From: Alkalilimnicola ehrlichii MLHE-1
Lineage (GTDB): Bacteria; Pseudomonadota; Gammaproteobacteria; Nitrococcales; Halorhodospiraceae
Length of the DNA: 32,000 nt
Assembly: GCF_000014785.1 (NCBI RefSeq)
Contig: NC_008340.1
Span: 180,001-212,000, forward strand
Direction of reading: 5' to 3'
The notes beneath the pieces are model-generated. The model worked only from the letters and a program-made list of their open reading frames with translations, ran no database searches and was not told the DNA's origin. Position numbers and translations under genes: made by a program. Shown here in pieces: positions 31,736 to 32,000 of this stretch (within the stretch, counting starts at the first letter, position 1; each line of letters starts with the position of its first letter).

Positions 31736-32000
31736 ATGGCTGTCGCCCAACAAGCCTGGTCACCGGGGGCCGACCCGGCCCCCTCAGCAGCACCCGTGAG
31801 CCCGGGGTGGCGGGGGGCATTGCGGCTGGACTTCGCCCGGCGGGGTGAACGCACCGCCCTGGTGCGACGACGCCACCAAGGGCCGCTGGTGGTCCAGCGC
31901 ACCTTCCACCCGGAGGGCGCGCCCTGCCACGCCTACCTGCTTCACCCCCCTGGGGGGTTGGTGGGTGGCGATGAACTGGACCTCTCCGTGGAGGTGGGCG
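31736..32000 (+). CDS. ureD: Urease accessory protein UreD, 5' part (runs off window; absent from ORF track)
   Basis: Manual translation: MAVAQQAWSPGADPAPSAAPVSPGWRGALRLDFARRGERTALVRRRHQGPLVVQRTFHPEGAPCHAYLLHPPGGLVGGDELDLSVEVG, with the typical UreD GPL-VQR-PEG-CH-YLLHPPGGLVGGD pattern. Confidence 0.92.
   Translation, partial: MAVAQQAWSPGADPAPSAAPVSPGWRGALRLDFARRGERTALVRRRHQGPLVVQRTFHPEGAPCHAYLLHPPGGLVGGDELDLSVEVG

Noticed and set aside
27581-31902. Minus-strand ORFs 27581..28852 and 30265..31902
   Set aside because: Antisense to dacA, lipB and hupE; low-complexity residues and no domain signature.

Overview
This 32 kb, GC-rich window looks gammaproteobacterial. The blocks are: (1) a partial RND/MMPL-type exporter C-terminus. 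(2) A PEP-CTERM-sorted exported protein (633-1610, +) next to a five-gene minus-strand set: polysaccharide export protein, TIGR03013-like sugar transferase, prsK, prsR, prsT. (3) A PilZ protein, a YdcF-like protein, galE and a PAS-PAS-GGEEF diguanylate cyclase. (4) hslO and gatB-gatA-gatC on the minus strand. (5) A wall-elongation cluster on the plus strand: mreB-mreC-mreD-mrdA-rodA-mltB-rlpA-dacA-dat-ybeD-lipB. (6) hupE/ureJ and the 5' end of ureD. Four intergenic regions carry a mosaic interspersed repeat: ~80-90 bp units with GTCAYTGCGAG / CTCGCRATGAC inverted ends, several preceded by 30-31 bp tandem head fragments. The best regulatory signals are a near-consensus sigma-54 promoter with upstream dyad/direct-repeat motifs before the PEP-CTERM gene (candidate PrsR target), an NtrC-like 17-mer plus a sigma-54-like site before hupE-ureD, and an apparent ATC start codon for mreC. 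I see no clearly unprecedented defence or RNA system. PEP-CTERM/Prs is a described system, and the more novel parts here are its candidate cis-elements and the repeat architecture. No tRNA, rRNA, CRISPR or transposase gene was recognised.
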